A stretch of DNA of 64,000 nt from Octopus vulgaris (lineage: Eukaryota): NCBI GenBank assembly GCA_951406725.2, contig OX597814.1, forward strand, positions 172,546,001 through 172,610,000, given 5' to 3'. The notes under the pieces are model-generated. The model had not been told where the DNA came from. It did no database searches and worked only from the letters and a program-made list of their open reading frames with translations. Within the stretch, counting starts at the first letter, position 1, and each line of letters begins with the position of its first letter. Made by a program: the position numbers and the translations under genes. Positions 52,069 through 64,000 of this stretch are shown here, piece after piece.

Positions 52069-52848
52069 GACGTTCTACACACACTCATTAAGATCGAATG
52101 ATGAGTAAATTGAAGCAGAGCACATGGAATGATGGATGCGTTCTCCGCCGGGATTCAAGAGAGGGTTAACAATCATAGTGCTAATTCGTTTAAAGCTTTG
52201 ACATTCTGATCTGGCAGCGAATTTGTGATAATCCAGATTTCAAATGGTGATAATAATGCCGACGTGATCTTTAACGGCCGCATTTCTCTTCTTCCCCCTC
52301 TCTCACTATCTCTTTCTATCTACTCCTACCATCCTCCCCTCTTTCCTTTCATCTGTTTGTATCGCTCTTCCTCTCTTTTCTCTCTTGGCCGACAAAGCCG
52401 GCAGCTGCAACTGATAATAGTAACGCAGAAAGAGCAGGAATTCACGCGCAAAAACACATGCGATTTGACGCACTTTGACATTCATATAAATGCTTATGTT
52501 TATAGACACACAGACATACAGACTGACAAACAGGCGAGCAGACAGACAGACAGCCAAACAGACTCGCAAAAATGATAGATACACAGATAGATAAATAGAT
52601 AAATTGATAATTGTGTCTGCGTGTATATTATATACAAATGAATACACGCACATACACACATATATATATATACATACACACACGTGTGTGCCCGCGTGGA
52701 TGCATATTTATACATATACGTCACATGCATATATACATATGTAAGTATATATATATACTTATATATATATGTATGCATATATATATATTACTTATATATA
52801 TGTATGCACATATATATATATATGTATGTATGTAATATATATATATAT

Positions 52849-52901
<53 letters not shown>

Positions 52902-52905
52902 TTAC

Positions 52906-52944
<39 letters not shown>

Positions 52945-52989
52945 GTTGGAGAAGTTAAGTTATACACACTATTCTTGCATTTTCATATT

Positions 52990-53047
<58 letters not shown>

Positions 53048-53994
53048 TACGCATATACGAATATGTGTGTGTGTGTGTGTGTGTGAAAGAGAGAGCGCTA
53101 GAGAGTATGTATCTACTCACAATTTGGCCCTTCTCACAAATGTCAGTCACCCGACAATTTTTTTCCTTACCATCTCAACATTCCACACCAATTCAGTCCA
53201 CATTACACTTATAAACCACACCACCACAACACCTCCCGCCTTTCTGTCCCTGATATCTATAGACCTCGACCTACCCACACCCCTATAAATCGCATTCTTA
53301 TTCACTTGATCTGATGCCTCTACAGTCACCCTCAACTTCACCACCTCGTCACTCCTCCACTAAAATGCCTTAACCTCTTCCCCTTCTCGTTTTATTTCAA
53401 CCATTTCTCACTTTACTCTTTGTATTTAGCTCCCTGCCAATACAATCTTCACAGTCATTAACACCGATGACACTACTTCCATGACCATCACCACCAGCCC
53501 CATTACTAATCACAGTTTTCTTTTGGTGGGTGGGAGTTGTTTTTGTTTTTGATTTTTGTTTTTTTACAGAAAATGAAATTGAATAAAATATTAGGGCAGA
53601 AAAAATAATACACAAACTATTATCAAAGCAGAAAAGAAAATAGTTCAAATATTGAATCTACACACTCACACAATTGCACACACATATATACATACACATA
53701 CATGCATGCATACATACACACACATACATACATACATACATACATACATACATACATACATACATACATACATACACACATACATACATAAATATATATA
53801 TATATACACACATATACATATATATACATATGAATACATGTGTGTATATATATGTGTGTATATATATGTGTGTATATAAACAGATGAGTGGTACAACAAG
53901 GCACCAATATTTACTGGAAAATAGCAATCGATACAAATACGACGCAATTGTAAAGCTTCACTGCGTATATACAAGCAAAGTATACGCATTTTAT

Positions 53995-54065
<71 letters not shown>

Positions 54066-54099
54066 AGGAGATGTGGAACACGACTTGTGATATATAAAA

Positions 54100-54420
54100 A
54101 AAGGAAATGAAGAAAATGTTGACAAAATAATTTAAGTAAGGGAGAGTGTATTTAATTAGGTGAAAGTTCTTTTTACCGGTTACGCATTTGTTATGCTTAT
54201 CAAAAGATATATTTTTAAGAGAGATAGAGTTCCTTTCTGATAGATTATTTTCTCTTATCAGGTAAGAGAAAAGAATCTATCAGAAAGGAACTGTATCTCT
54301 CTTAATAAAATATCTTTTGATAAGCATAACAAATGCGTAACCGGTAAAAAGAACTTTCACCTAATTAAATACACTCTCCCTTACTTAAATTATTTTGTCA
54401 GCATTTTCTTCATTTCCTTT
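54100..54420. repeat. 321-bp palindrome carrying two mirror hammerhead-variant motifs
   Basis: Arms of about 158 bp, loop TCAGG (54258-54262), about 5 differences; TTGATAA-GCAT(AACAA)ATGC-GTAACCGGTA at 54317-54346 and inverted at 54174-54203. Confidence 0.92.
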
Positions 54421-54467
54421 ATATATATATATATATATATATAAAAAGAGTAAAAAAAGAGTAAAGA

Positions 54468-54537
<70 letters not shown>

Positions 54538-54557
54538 ATATATATATGTATATATAT

Positions 54558-55779
54558 ATATGTCATAAGCTACGAGACTTTGACATTGCCGGTAAATGGG
54601 GAGAGTGGCTGCATGACGTCCTTAAAGATAGAAGTCATGTAGCTGCAGTCAATGGTGTTCTTTCTGAGGAAACTCAAATCCTTAATGCCATTCACCAGGA
54701 AACTGTTCTGGGGCCATTACTGCTCAAATAGCGCGCTTAAACATGCCTACGGTCACTCGGACAGCCACTGTCACTACCAATGTTGATATAAAAATATCAT
54801 AAGCAATAAAAAACGAAGATGACATCGGAAGCTTACAACAGGACCCGAATTCGAAATACAACTGGTCCAAAATAAACAACCTGCAGTATGATATTGGAAA
54901 ATTTCAAGCACTGCACTATCAATTAACGAATGCACTACAGCCTGCATATACAGGACTTGAAGGCACTACAATTCTAGAGTCACAGGCAGTGAAAGATTTG
55001 GGGATGAGTATGTGTAATGATGCATCATTTTGTATGCACATTACCAAGATGGCAGTAAAGTGCAAATAACTGGCTGGATGGATACTGAGGTTCTTCAAGA
55101 CAAGGGGACCAAGAAACTATGTTGTCCTTGTGAAGAACTTTTGCTCTCAGACGCCTGGACTACTGTTACCAGTTATGGCCACCACATAGTGCCAAACTAA
55201 TAGCGGAGCTTGAATCAGTCCAACGCCACTACACCAATAAGACTGAAGCAGTGCAGTGGATCAGCGACAAGGATAGGCTGAGAAAACTGCAACTTTACTC
55301 CCTGGAGCGAAGGCGTGAGAGATATGCAATAATCTATATATGGAAAACTCTAGAAGGGCTTGTACCTAACTTTGGCATTGAGTGTTATATAAATAACAGA
55401 AATGGCCGCCATTGTATTGTACCAAATATACCATCACTCCATCTCAATTCAGAACCAGGTACTGCAATAGTCTAAGGATCAAAGGCTCACAACTCTTCAA
55501 TGGGCTGCCACAAAAATTAAGAAATCTGCATAAGGTGGAAGTACTTGTCTTCAAAAAGGATATAGACACCCTTCGCTCCACAATACCTGATGAACCAACA
55601 GCCCGACATGAAGTACATATGAGGGCAGCGGAATCAAACTCCCTTATACATCTAATATGCCAACAGCTGGGACAAAGGTACATACAGGAGTGGTGATGTG
55701 AAACAGCCTAGACTGAGGAAATCAGAAAGACCACGGTAGTGCTCCAGCATGACCGCAGCCGCATGGCTAAGTAAAAGAG
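54558..55779 (+). mobile_element. CR1-like LINE, RT C-terminal region plus 3' UTR, decayed
   Basis: HKLR..IAGKWGEWL..L.DR...VNG..S...QETVLGPLL; KDLG; LDYC.QLW.P; LESVQRHYT; RLRKLQLYSLERRRERY.IIY.WK.LEGLVPN; ends GTAAAAGAG. Confidence 0.88.
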
Positions 55780-55818
55780 TATATATATGTATACGCATGT
55801 ATATATATGCATATACGT

Positions 55819-55858
<40 letters not shown>

Positions 55859-55895
55859 AGTGCGTTTGTATATGTACACATACACACACATATAC

Positions 55896-55961
<66 letters not shown>

Positions 55962-56295
55962 ATTAATAGTAATTTTTATTAACTTTTATAGCTTTAGAAT
56001 TTTATGAACTGAACCATGGTTTTAATTATTATTTTTCATCTCCCTATGTGTTAGGTTTTTTTTAAAAAAAAATATTAGCCAAATATGTATAATATCGGTA
56101 CTTATTAATATTAATATATACACTGATATATATTTTGTTTTATTTTGTTCTGTTTACCTTCCTTTATTGTACCAATGTGTATTATATTATATAAGTGTAG
56201 CATTATGATGTATAAGTTTTTATATTTTACATTTTTATATTTTTATATTTATATGTATATGATTATATAATATTTTTCACAATTATAACAAATTT

Positions 56296-56422
56296 AATTT
56301 AATTCTCTGAAGAGGCCGTGGGGCATCCTTGTTAATGCCTCATTTATACCTGCCTTTATGGCTTATAGGTTAAATGAGGTATGACTGCCCTCACTGCCGA
56401 AACAGCTGTCAGTTTTGATTAA
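56296..56422 (+). ncRNA. Type I hammerhead ribozyme candidate with perfect core (56307-56410) and ~85-nt stem II
   Basis: CTGAAGA-GGC...GCC-GAAAC-AGCT-GTC; nested helices GTGGGGCA/TGCCCTCAC, TGCCTCATTTA/TAAATGAGGTA and ACCT/AGGT; imperfect AT-rich stem I. Confidence 0.75.
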
Positions 56423-56603
56423 TTGCATATTATATTTGAAATTTTTTACTTATATCTCTTTATCTTTTTACTATTAATGTATATCTCTTTTTGTATAATG
56501 CCTCTACTCATATGTAATGGTGTATTAAAGTATTGATTGGGTATCATCGGATAGTTGATGTTTTATTGATTTAAGTATGTTTCTCCATTCTCTAATTTTG
56601 TAG

Positions 56604-56636
<33 letters not shown>

Positions 56637-57127
56637 GTATGTATTTATGTATATATGTGTGTATATAAATATATGTATGTATGCATGCATGTATGTGTAT
56701 ATATATATAAATATATATATGTGCATGTATGTGTATATATATGTATTATTGCGTATATGTGTAAATAAATGTATGTATGTTTGTATACATATAATATATA
56801 AGCATACCTGAATACCTACACGCATACTTAGATCAATGAAAAGGACACATGTATATCTCCTACGCTTTTCTCACTCGTCGCCCCACTCTACTGCACCCGC
56901 TGTTGTGGGCAATCAACGGATGAAGATCTGTATTTTGTCACTTTGATTTAAACCGCTGTCATTATATTGACAGACACATGTGATGGATTAAGGAATGATA
57001 CCCTTGACTACATCTATTTTGCACACATTATTTGTCCTAATCAATAGGTTAATTCCCATTAATTGAAAAAAGAAATGAATATTTTTTTTACCTACATATC
57101 ACTTATTGGTGAAATGAGGATACATAA

Positions 57128-57287
57128 GTGCTGGCATGTCTGTGTCTTAGATAGCCCCCTTTGCAACAGTGTGTTTTCGGTTTCAGACCCACTATGAGGA
57201 TATTTTACCAATGGTCATCTACTGTAGCTCTGGGTGATTAATGCCATGTGAGTGAATTTGGTGGATAGAAACTGTCTAGGAGCCAGT
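57128..57287 (+). mobile_element. Ancient family A-related SINE head
   Basis: GGTTTCAGACCCACT...TCTACTGTAGC...TGTGAGTGAATTTGGTGGATAGAAACTG; similar relics near 8200-8330, 15215-15345 and 43430-43555. Confidence 0.6.
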
Positions 57288-58074
57288 TCTTAATCGAAGT
57301 GTATAGTGTTATATATCCATTACGGCCAATCTTACCAGTCGGTTTCACACTGGGTATTAAATCAGATGTCTGATAAGATCCAGTTTACGTAACCATGAGC
57401 TCATCAGAGCTAGCAGTTATTGAAGCAAACGTGACTAGATGACTGTGAGTGTGTGTGTGCGTGATTATACACTCAATATATATACAAAATATAAGACCAT
57501 TAAAGTGGATTCCTAATGTGCTAAAAATAGACGTCAAATCGCCTTACCGCGAAGAGAGTGTTCTCAAGAAAATTTCAGCAAACGCCAGAATGTAAAAATG
57601 AGCAAGACAAATGAAAATATACAAAATGAAACGATTACCTACGTACGATGGTTTCGTCTGTTAATATTTACGAATGTAAATATCTGCAGACTCATCAGCG
57701 TAGTCCATCGCTTACAAAACATAATTCTCAAAACTAGACACCGAACGTTCAATCGAAAGAGAACATGTATAAAGTTTTGCAAATTATATTTGGGGGTATC
57801 TTTCAAATAGCTGGAGCGAGCATTTATCAATCTCTACCAATTTCTGTCCATTCTCTGTCGCGAACACCTGGCCGCTGCTGGTGGATGGAAGAGGTTCGCT
57901 CCTCTGTTTCCAGTATATGAATGCTGCAAGCTGAACCTATAGCCAGCTAGCGGAAGATCAGCCTGGGATTAATTCGGTAGGAATATTGATGTGGCCATTA
58001 ACTTTACTTGTCAGTATAGTTACTACTAAATACACACACACACATACACACACACACACATATATATATATATA

Positions 58075-58487
58075 CTCTTTTACTCTTTTTTCTATTTGTT
58101 TCAGTCATTTGACTGCGGCCATGCTGGAGCACCGCCTTTAGTCGAGCAAATTGACCCCGGGACTTATTCTTTGGAAGCCCAGTACTTATTCTATCGGTCT
58201 CTTTTGCCGAACCGCTAAGTGATGGGGACGTAAACAAACCAGCATCGGTTGTCAAGCAATGCAAGGGGGACAAACACAGACACACAAACACACACACACA
58301 CATACATATATATACATATATACATATATACGACAGGCTTCTTTCAGTTTCTGTCTACCAAATCCACTCACAAGGCATTGGTCGGCCCGGGGCTATAGCA
58401 GAAGACAATTGCCCAAGATGCCACGCAGTGGGACTGAACCCGGGACCATGTTGCTGGTTAGCAAGCTACTTACCACACAGCCACTCC
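58075..58487 (-). mobile_element. Family A SINE
   Basis: Full module set. Confidence 0.92.
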
Positions 58488-58603
58488 ATATATATATAAT
58501 GCCTTACATTGCGGCTAAGATATAAATACTTTCAGATATCCTGTAATGTGTGCAATATTGTAGTTTTCAAAACATCAAGGGTAATCAAGTCTACAGCCCG
58601 TCA

Positions 58604-58657
<54 letters not shown>

Positions 58658-59273
58658 GAAATCTATGAAGTTGAAGTCATAGGAAATTATAAAGAGGAAA
58701 ATAGACTGACAGGTATAGAAAACTTTGAAAGATTCAACACAATGAACAGAAGTGAGAATCATTATGAATTGAGCTGTCTTATATCTAATATTACTGGTGC
58801 ATGAAAAGTATCACAACGCACTTTTTCACGCAGTTGCTACTTAGAAACGGTAAATTATCCTCACTGAATTTAGAGTACATTATCATTTATATAAATATAA
58901 TTATACCGAGCACTGTCGTGCAGACGATTGCTCCCTTGGTGTACGGCTTGAACAATCGTAATTAAATTTCTGTTTGGAGATATATCTATTTTCGTTTTTT
59001 CGTTTGATAAGCTATGGTTTATCAAAGGCGTAAAGACAGAAAACCCTAGCCTTTATTTATTTGTTCGTTTTAATTCATTAATTTATTTATTTATTTTGTA
59101 GGGTCCCCATCATAGGTGTGGATTAGAGCATTCAGAAGCGGCGCATCAAGTCATCGAGGAATCATTATGCCAGACATCTGGTCTAAGAGCTCGCAGTAGA
59201 ATAGATTTCGCTGATATCCTTTAAGGACTATCAGGTGACGTAAACTGGGTAAACTGGACGTAGAGAGTTTACA

Positions 59274-59790
59274 TCTATATATATAAAACTGTAGTTGTGT
59301 GAGTGTCTGTCTCCTACGATTTAGATTCCTAACTACTCCCACATTTTGCGGTGCTGTTTAACCAAATTCGGGTATCTTATAGTCGTGATTAATATCAAGC
59401 CCGTCTGGCTATTAGCGCGCGTCTACGATGAGTCTACGATTTTAAAAATAGTTTAACATCATTTTTTATTCCATTTTAATGCATAATTTTTCGTGTGTCG
59501 ATGGCGGCGTAGTTGGCGTCCACGCTCAAACACCTGCACCTGTGTTTGCTTCTCCCCCTTCTTCCCTCCCTCGTGAAGCTGTGGGGAAGGGAGTTTAAGG
59601 AAATCAACGTCGTAATGCGTTGTCAAGGAGACCAGCGTTCTTTTAGAACAGCGACTTCATGGCTTGAAGACACCAAAACAGAAATGGCTAAGAAAGCCCG
59701 AATTGGCATCTATAAAGGAAGTAACTCTCTAAAAATGCTTATATAGTTATTTCCCTTACAAACCCGAGCAACGCCGGGCGATACTGCTAG
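59274..59790 (+). mobile_element. Non-autonomous Helitron, 517 bp
   Basis: A|TCTATATATATAAA 5' end; GC hairpin CCCGAGCAACGCCGGG (59763-59778), then CTAG|T; inserted between A and T without TSD. Confidence 0.88.
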
Positions 59791-59929
59791 TATTCAATAT
59801 TTTTTCTTTTGTCTACGACGAACTTCTTACAATGTCTGTTTGGTGGGAATCTTGTAATTCTCTACACACAAGAAATTTTTTATTGCACCCGCCGAAACAA
59901 ATGTCACATAGACTGATTTGCATAAACTC

Positions 59930-59936
59930 AACATCA

Positions 59937-59969
<33 letters not shown>

Positions 59970-60033
59970 GTCGTCGTCACCGTCATCGTCATCATCATCG
60001 TCATCGTCATCGTCATCATCATAATCATCATCA
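59930..60033. repeat. (CAT/CGT)n microsatellite
   Basis: Direct reading. Confidence 0.9.
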
Positions 60034-60204
60034 AGCGACCGCAGCAGAAATGCGTTTCACCACGCACCGCCAAGAATCTCAATTCCCATTTATTTTGGAA
60101 AAAGTCCTCAACTTCATATTGTGCCTCTTTCTGCTAAAACAGTGATGTAGGAGAAGGATATTCATCCTCTGTTGATGTGTGGAAGTCTTTAGCTTATAAA
60201 ATCT

Positions 60205-60786
60205 TATTTCTTTTTTGCCCACAAGGGGCTAAACATAGAGGGGACAAACAAGGGCAGACAAACGGATTAAGTCGATTACATCGACCCCAGTGCGTAATTG
60301 GTACTTAATTTATCGACCCCAAAATGATGAAAGGCAAAGCCGACCTCGGCGGAATTTGAACTCAGAACGTTTCTGCCAGTTCGCCGCCATTCACTGCCTT
60401 AATAATCCTTTCTACTAAAGGCACCAGGCCTGAAATTTTGGGGGAGAGGACTAGTTGATTACATTGACACCAGTGTTTTACTAGAACTTACTTTATCGAC
60501 CCCGAAAAGACCCCAGTGCGTAATTGGTACTTAATTTATCGACCCCAAAATGATGAAAAGCAAAGCCGACCTCGGCGGAATTTGAACTCAGAACGTTTCT
60601 GCCAGTTCGCCGCCATTCACTGCCTTAATAATCCTTTCTACTAAAGGCACCAGGCCTGAAATTTTGGGGGAGAGGACTAGTTGATTACATTGACACCAGT
60701 GTTTTACTAGAACTTACTTTATCGACCCCGAAAAGATGAAAGGCAAAGTCGACCTCGGCGGAATTTGAACTCAGAACGTAACGGCA
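60205..60786 (-). mobile_element. Family B SINE cluster containing a 226-bp tandem duplication
   Basis: 60283-60508 repeated at 60509-60734 with one substitution seen. Confidence 0.88.
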
Positions 60787-60899
60787 AAAATCTGATATTA
60801 CTTGCTGTTCAGCATAATAGCACTGGGCAACAAAGACCACTCGTCAATGAGCAACAATAGTTGATATAGAGATGAGTAGAATGTGTCAATTACTCTCAT

Positions 60900-61137
60900 G
60901 TATATATGTATGTATTTGTATATCTGTTTTTGTCCCCACCCCATCATCGCCTGACAATCGATGTTGGTGTTTTTACCTCTCCGTAACTTGGAGTTTCGGC
61001 AAAAGAGACCGATAGAATAAGTACTAGGCTTACAAAGAATAAGTCCTGGGGTTGATTTGTTCGACTAAAACGGTGCTCCAGCATAGCCGCGGTCAAATGA
61101 CTATGAAAAGAGCAAAAGTGTAAAAGAGTAAAAGAGA
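60900..61137 (+). mobile_element. Family A SINE 3' half
   Basis: Post-microsatellite body and tail only. Confidence 0.82.
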
Positions 61138-61274
61138 ATATATATTTATGTGTGTGTGTATGTGTATGCGTGTGTATATATAGGTGTGTTTATATATGTG
61201 TGTGTGTATATATATGTGTGTGTATGTGTATATATGTGTGTGTGTATATGTGTGCGTATATATATATGTGTGTG

Positions 61275-61310
<36 letters not shown>

Positions 61311-61681
61311 CGCGTCAGTGCGTGTGTGTACGTACACGCTGTCTCACAGACGAATGTGAAAGCCTGAAACGAAACCTCATCCAGTTTCCCTATTCGGTAT
61401 CTATTGTGTCCCAAATGGCTTGAACAAAGGACATGAACGTTGAACGTCATGCAGTATGATTTTTTTTTCCTGCCCGAACGCAACCCCCCACACTCACCCC
61501 CACCACCACTATCACTACCGACCCGCTGTTACTTATATAGTTGTGCGCCTCTATGTAAGATAACAAGCAATCCACAACTGCAACCAGGCTTCAACCCTCT
61601 CAGCGCCCCTCCACAACATATACCTGTGTATGTATGCACCGATAACATATATAAATACACACACACACACACACAGATATA

Positions 61682-61739
<58 letters not shown>

Positions 61740-62059
61740 GTATGTATGTATGTATGTATGTATGTTTTTGCTAACGTCTTCTCTTTCAGATCCATTACAT
61801 TTTAAAAACTGAAATGATTGATATGTTTCTCTCTACGTGACATCACATTATCTCGCAGCCGTGTTCCTTTGGATGGTTCTTTTCCTTTTCTTTTCTAATT
61901 TTTCCTTTCCTTTTTTTTGTGTTTCTTTTTTTTTTTTTGCGTTTTGTTATCATTGTTCTCTGAATTTAAATCTCCTCCACAGGACATCAATGAAATTAAG
62001 TACTAGCAATGAAGTAATGGGGATTATGTCCTGTACTTTCAACACGGACAAGGTTGGTT

Positions 62060-62101
<42 letters not shown>

Positions 62102-62460
62102 AACCAACGCCGCCACCGCCACCACCACCTCCACCACTGCTACTACCCCTACTACTAATACTACCGCACCACCACCACCACCTCTACTACTATTACTTCC
62201 ATTACCACCAACGCCGCCACCGCCACCGCCACCACCCACCACGACTACCACCACCGTTACTACTACTACTACCAATACCGCCGTCATCACCACCACACCA
62301 CCACCACCATCACCATCACACCACCACCACCATTACCTCCTCCACTACTGCTACTACCTCCTACTACTAATATACCACTACCACCACCATCACCACTACC
62401 ATTACCAGCACCACCACCCTTACTACCACTACTACCCCCACTACTACTACTACTACTACA
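62060..62460. repeat. Imperfect (CTA/CCA/CCG)n low-complexity tract
   Basis: Direct reading. Confidence 0.9.
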
Positions 62461-62580
62461 AAATTGCTCCACGTTGCCGCTTGACCTTTTAGGAATAGCC
62501 TCTGTTAAAAGCACCCAATACCTAGTGGTGGTATTAAACCGGTTTATCATTCTTACATTTTCACCAATCCACTTTTGTGG

Positions 62581-63280
62581 CAGTGGTGGCCCGTGTATAG
62601 AAACTGCGAAACTCTAGCACCCCCACTTCTACTCGATATTATCGATAATATTCAATAGAATTAGTCCTTTTTTATCTTTAATTCTTTCTTTATACTTGTA
62701 CATTATATAATCTTTAAGCTTAATGTCAGTAGCCATCCCTTAATTTATGAAAAAAAAATACAAAAGTACTTGTATAGAACTGTGCGCTTCACAGTTCCAG
62801 CGACGCGGTATTTGGCTCTTGTGCGCATGCTCACATGTCCCAGATAGGAAGCTTCGCACTAGGGAGAGAGAGCACTGCCAGAATGACAGTGTCGGGTGAA
62901 AGGTAGTGCTTCTTTTTGACTCAGCGTGTGTTGTGCTTAAAAACGTGTTCATATTCTTGAATGTTATAAAGTCTAGAATTAGATTCTCCTGCTTCCAGCT
63001 TCAGTGTTGCTGCCAGGATTTGAAAAATTGGGCACATTCCCCCCACCCCACCCCTTATTTTGTGATCTAGTGGGTATTTTTGAAAAACAAGGGGGAATTC
63101 GCGGCGGTGTTCAGTGAACAAATTAAACACACTACCCGGCAGTGGCTAACGCGCGAACCGATCAAGTTTATGTATAAATTTTCTTTTTATATGCTTGTTT
63201 CGTTTTACACAATATTAAAATAACGGCTAAAAATTTTCTGAAGTAGCATCTCCACCAATTTTATCTATGAGCCGCCACTG
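62581..63280. mobile_element. Probable hAT-like MITE, 700 bp
   Basis: Imperfect TIRs CAGTGGTGGCCCGTG / TATGAGCCGCCACTG; TSD not convincing. Confidence 0.55.
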
Positions 63281-63299
63281 GTCGTGGGTTGCCTTTTTT

Positions 63300-63363
63300 T
63301 TTTTATCGACATCGACAGAATGAAAAGCAAACCTGTCCTTAGCAAGATTTGAACTCAGAACGT
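63300..63363 (-). mobile_element. Family B SINE fragment
   Basis: TTTATCGAC...ATGAAAAGCAAA...ATTTGAACTCAGAACGT. Confidence 0.65.
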
Positions 63364-63882
63364 CGAATCTCAGTACAAATAACGTGGCGAGGTATGAGTC
63401 GTTCAGAATACCTCGCGTTATTTCTACTGAGACTCTACCAACTCACCTGTTACACGAGGGACAGAAACAGACATCTGAAGGTTTTCTACTCAGAGCTGGA
63501 AATGCAGAGAAAAAGAAAAGTTTTGTGATAGCACAGAAAGCGACAAGAGCGGTTGATAGAAACTATCGTTTTCTGAATACTATCGCTTGCAAAATTGCTT
63601 GCAGTAACGAGGATTGATTAAAAGAGAATTGGGCTGTGATTATTTGGAGCATGCAAGATACAAACTGCCGGTTAAAATCTAATTACAGTGCTTTGAGCTG
63701 TTGTACTTTAACAACCAACAGGATGTGGACTCTTTCTTTCCCTTAGCGTTGCTTCAATACAGATAGCATAGAAACAAAAAGCTGCAAGGGTAATGGGGGT
63801 GACTGTGTGAGGGTCAGTTGTCCTTTTACGCTTTGTCTATGTCTCATTTAATTATACATACATACATACATATATATATATG

Positions 63883-63930
<48 letters not shown>

Positions 63931-63931
<1 letters not shown>

Positions 63932-64000
63932 GAGGGTGTGGCGAAAAGTTCCTGGCTTTAAGGGTATCCTGAAAGGCTTGGTTGGAGGCCCAGCCTTTCG
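63931..64000 (+). mobile_element. Left end of a mariner-type element running off the window
   Basis: CGAGGGTGTGGCGAAAAGTTCC directly after (TA)n. Confidence 0.55.

Noticed and set aside
59918-60145. Poly-His/Arg ORF, and the Pro/His-rich ORF at 61837-62370
   Set aside because: Trinucleotide low-complexity tracts open in several frames

Overview
Gene-free, repeat-saturated animal DNA (intergenic or deep intronic). The SINE repertoire and the extreme (TA)n/(TG)n/(TATG)n/(GATA)n load suggest an octopus (coleoid cephalopod) genome; this is an inference from recognising the repeats. No host exon, rRNA, true tRNA or CRISPR array is supported, and almost all ORF-track entries are translated microsatellites. 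Mobile elements: more than 25 tRNA-headed SINE copies (local families A-D); LINE relics of the Tx1/L1, R4/Dong, RTE, CR1-like and Penelope types; a full-length dead mariner; Tc1/mariner and hAT relics; a non-autonomous Helitron; MITE-like elements. Main signals: (1) about ten hammerhead-ribozyme-like motifs in several short Penelope-type families, mostly sitting in (TA)n. They show stem covariation, and one (56307-56410) has a perfect catalytic core with an unusually long stem II. (2) Four large fold-back palindromes, two of which contain hammerhead motifs. (3) Two SINE-LINE 3'-tail partnerships and a complete 2x2 body/tail shuffle of SINE modules, all visible inside the window. Coordinates were read by eye and element ends may be off by several bases.
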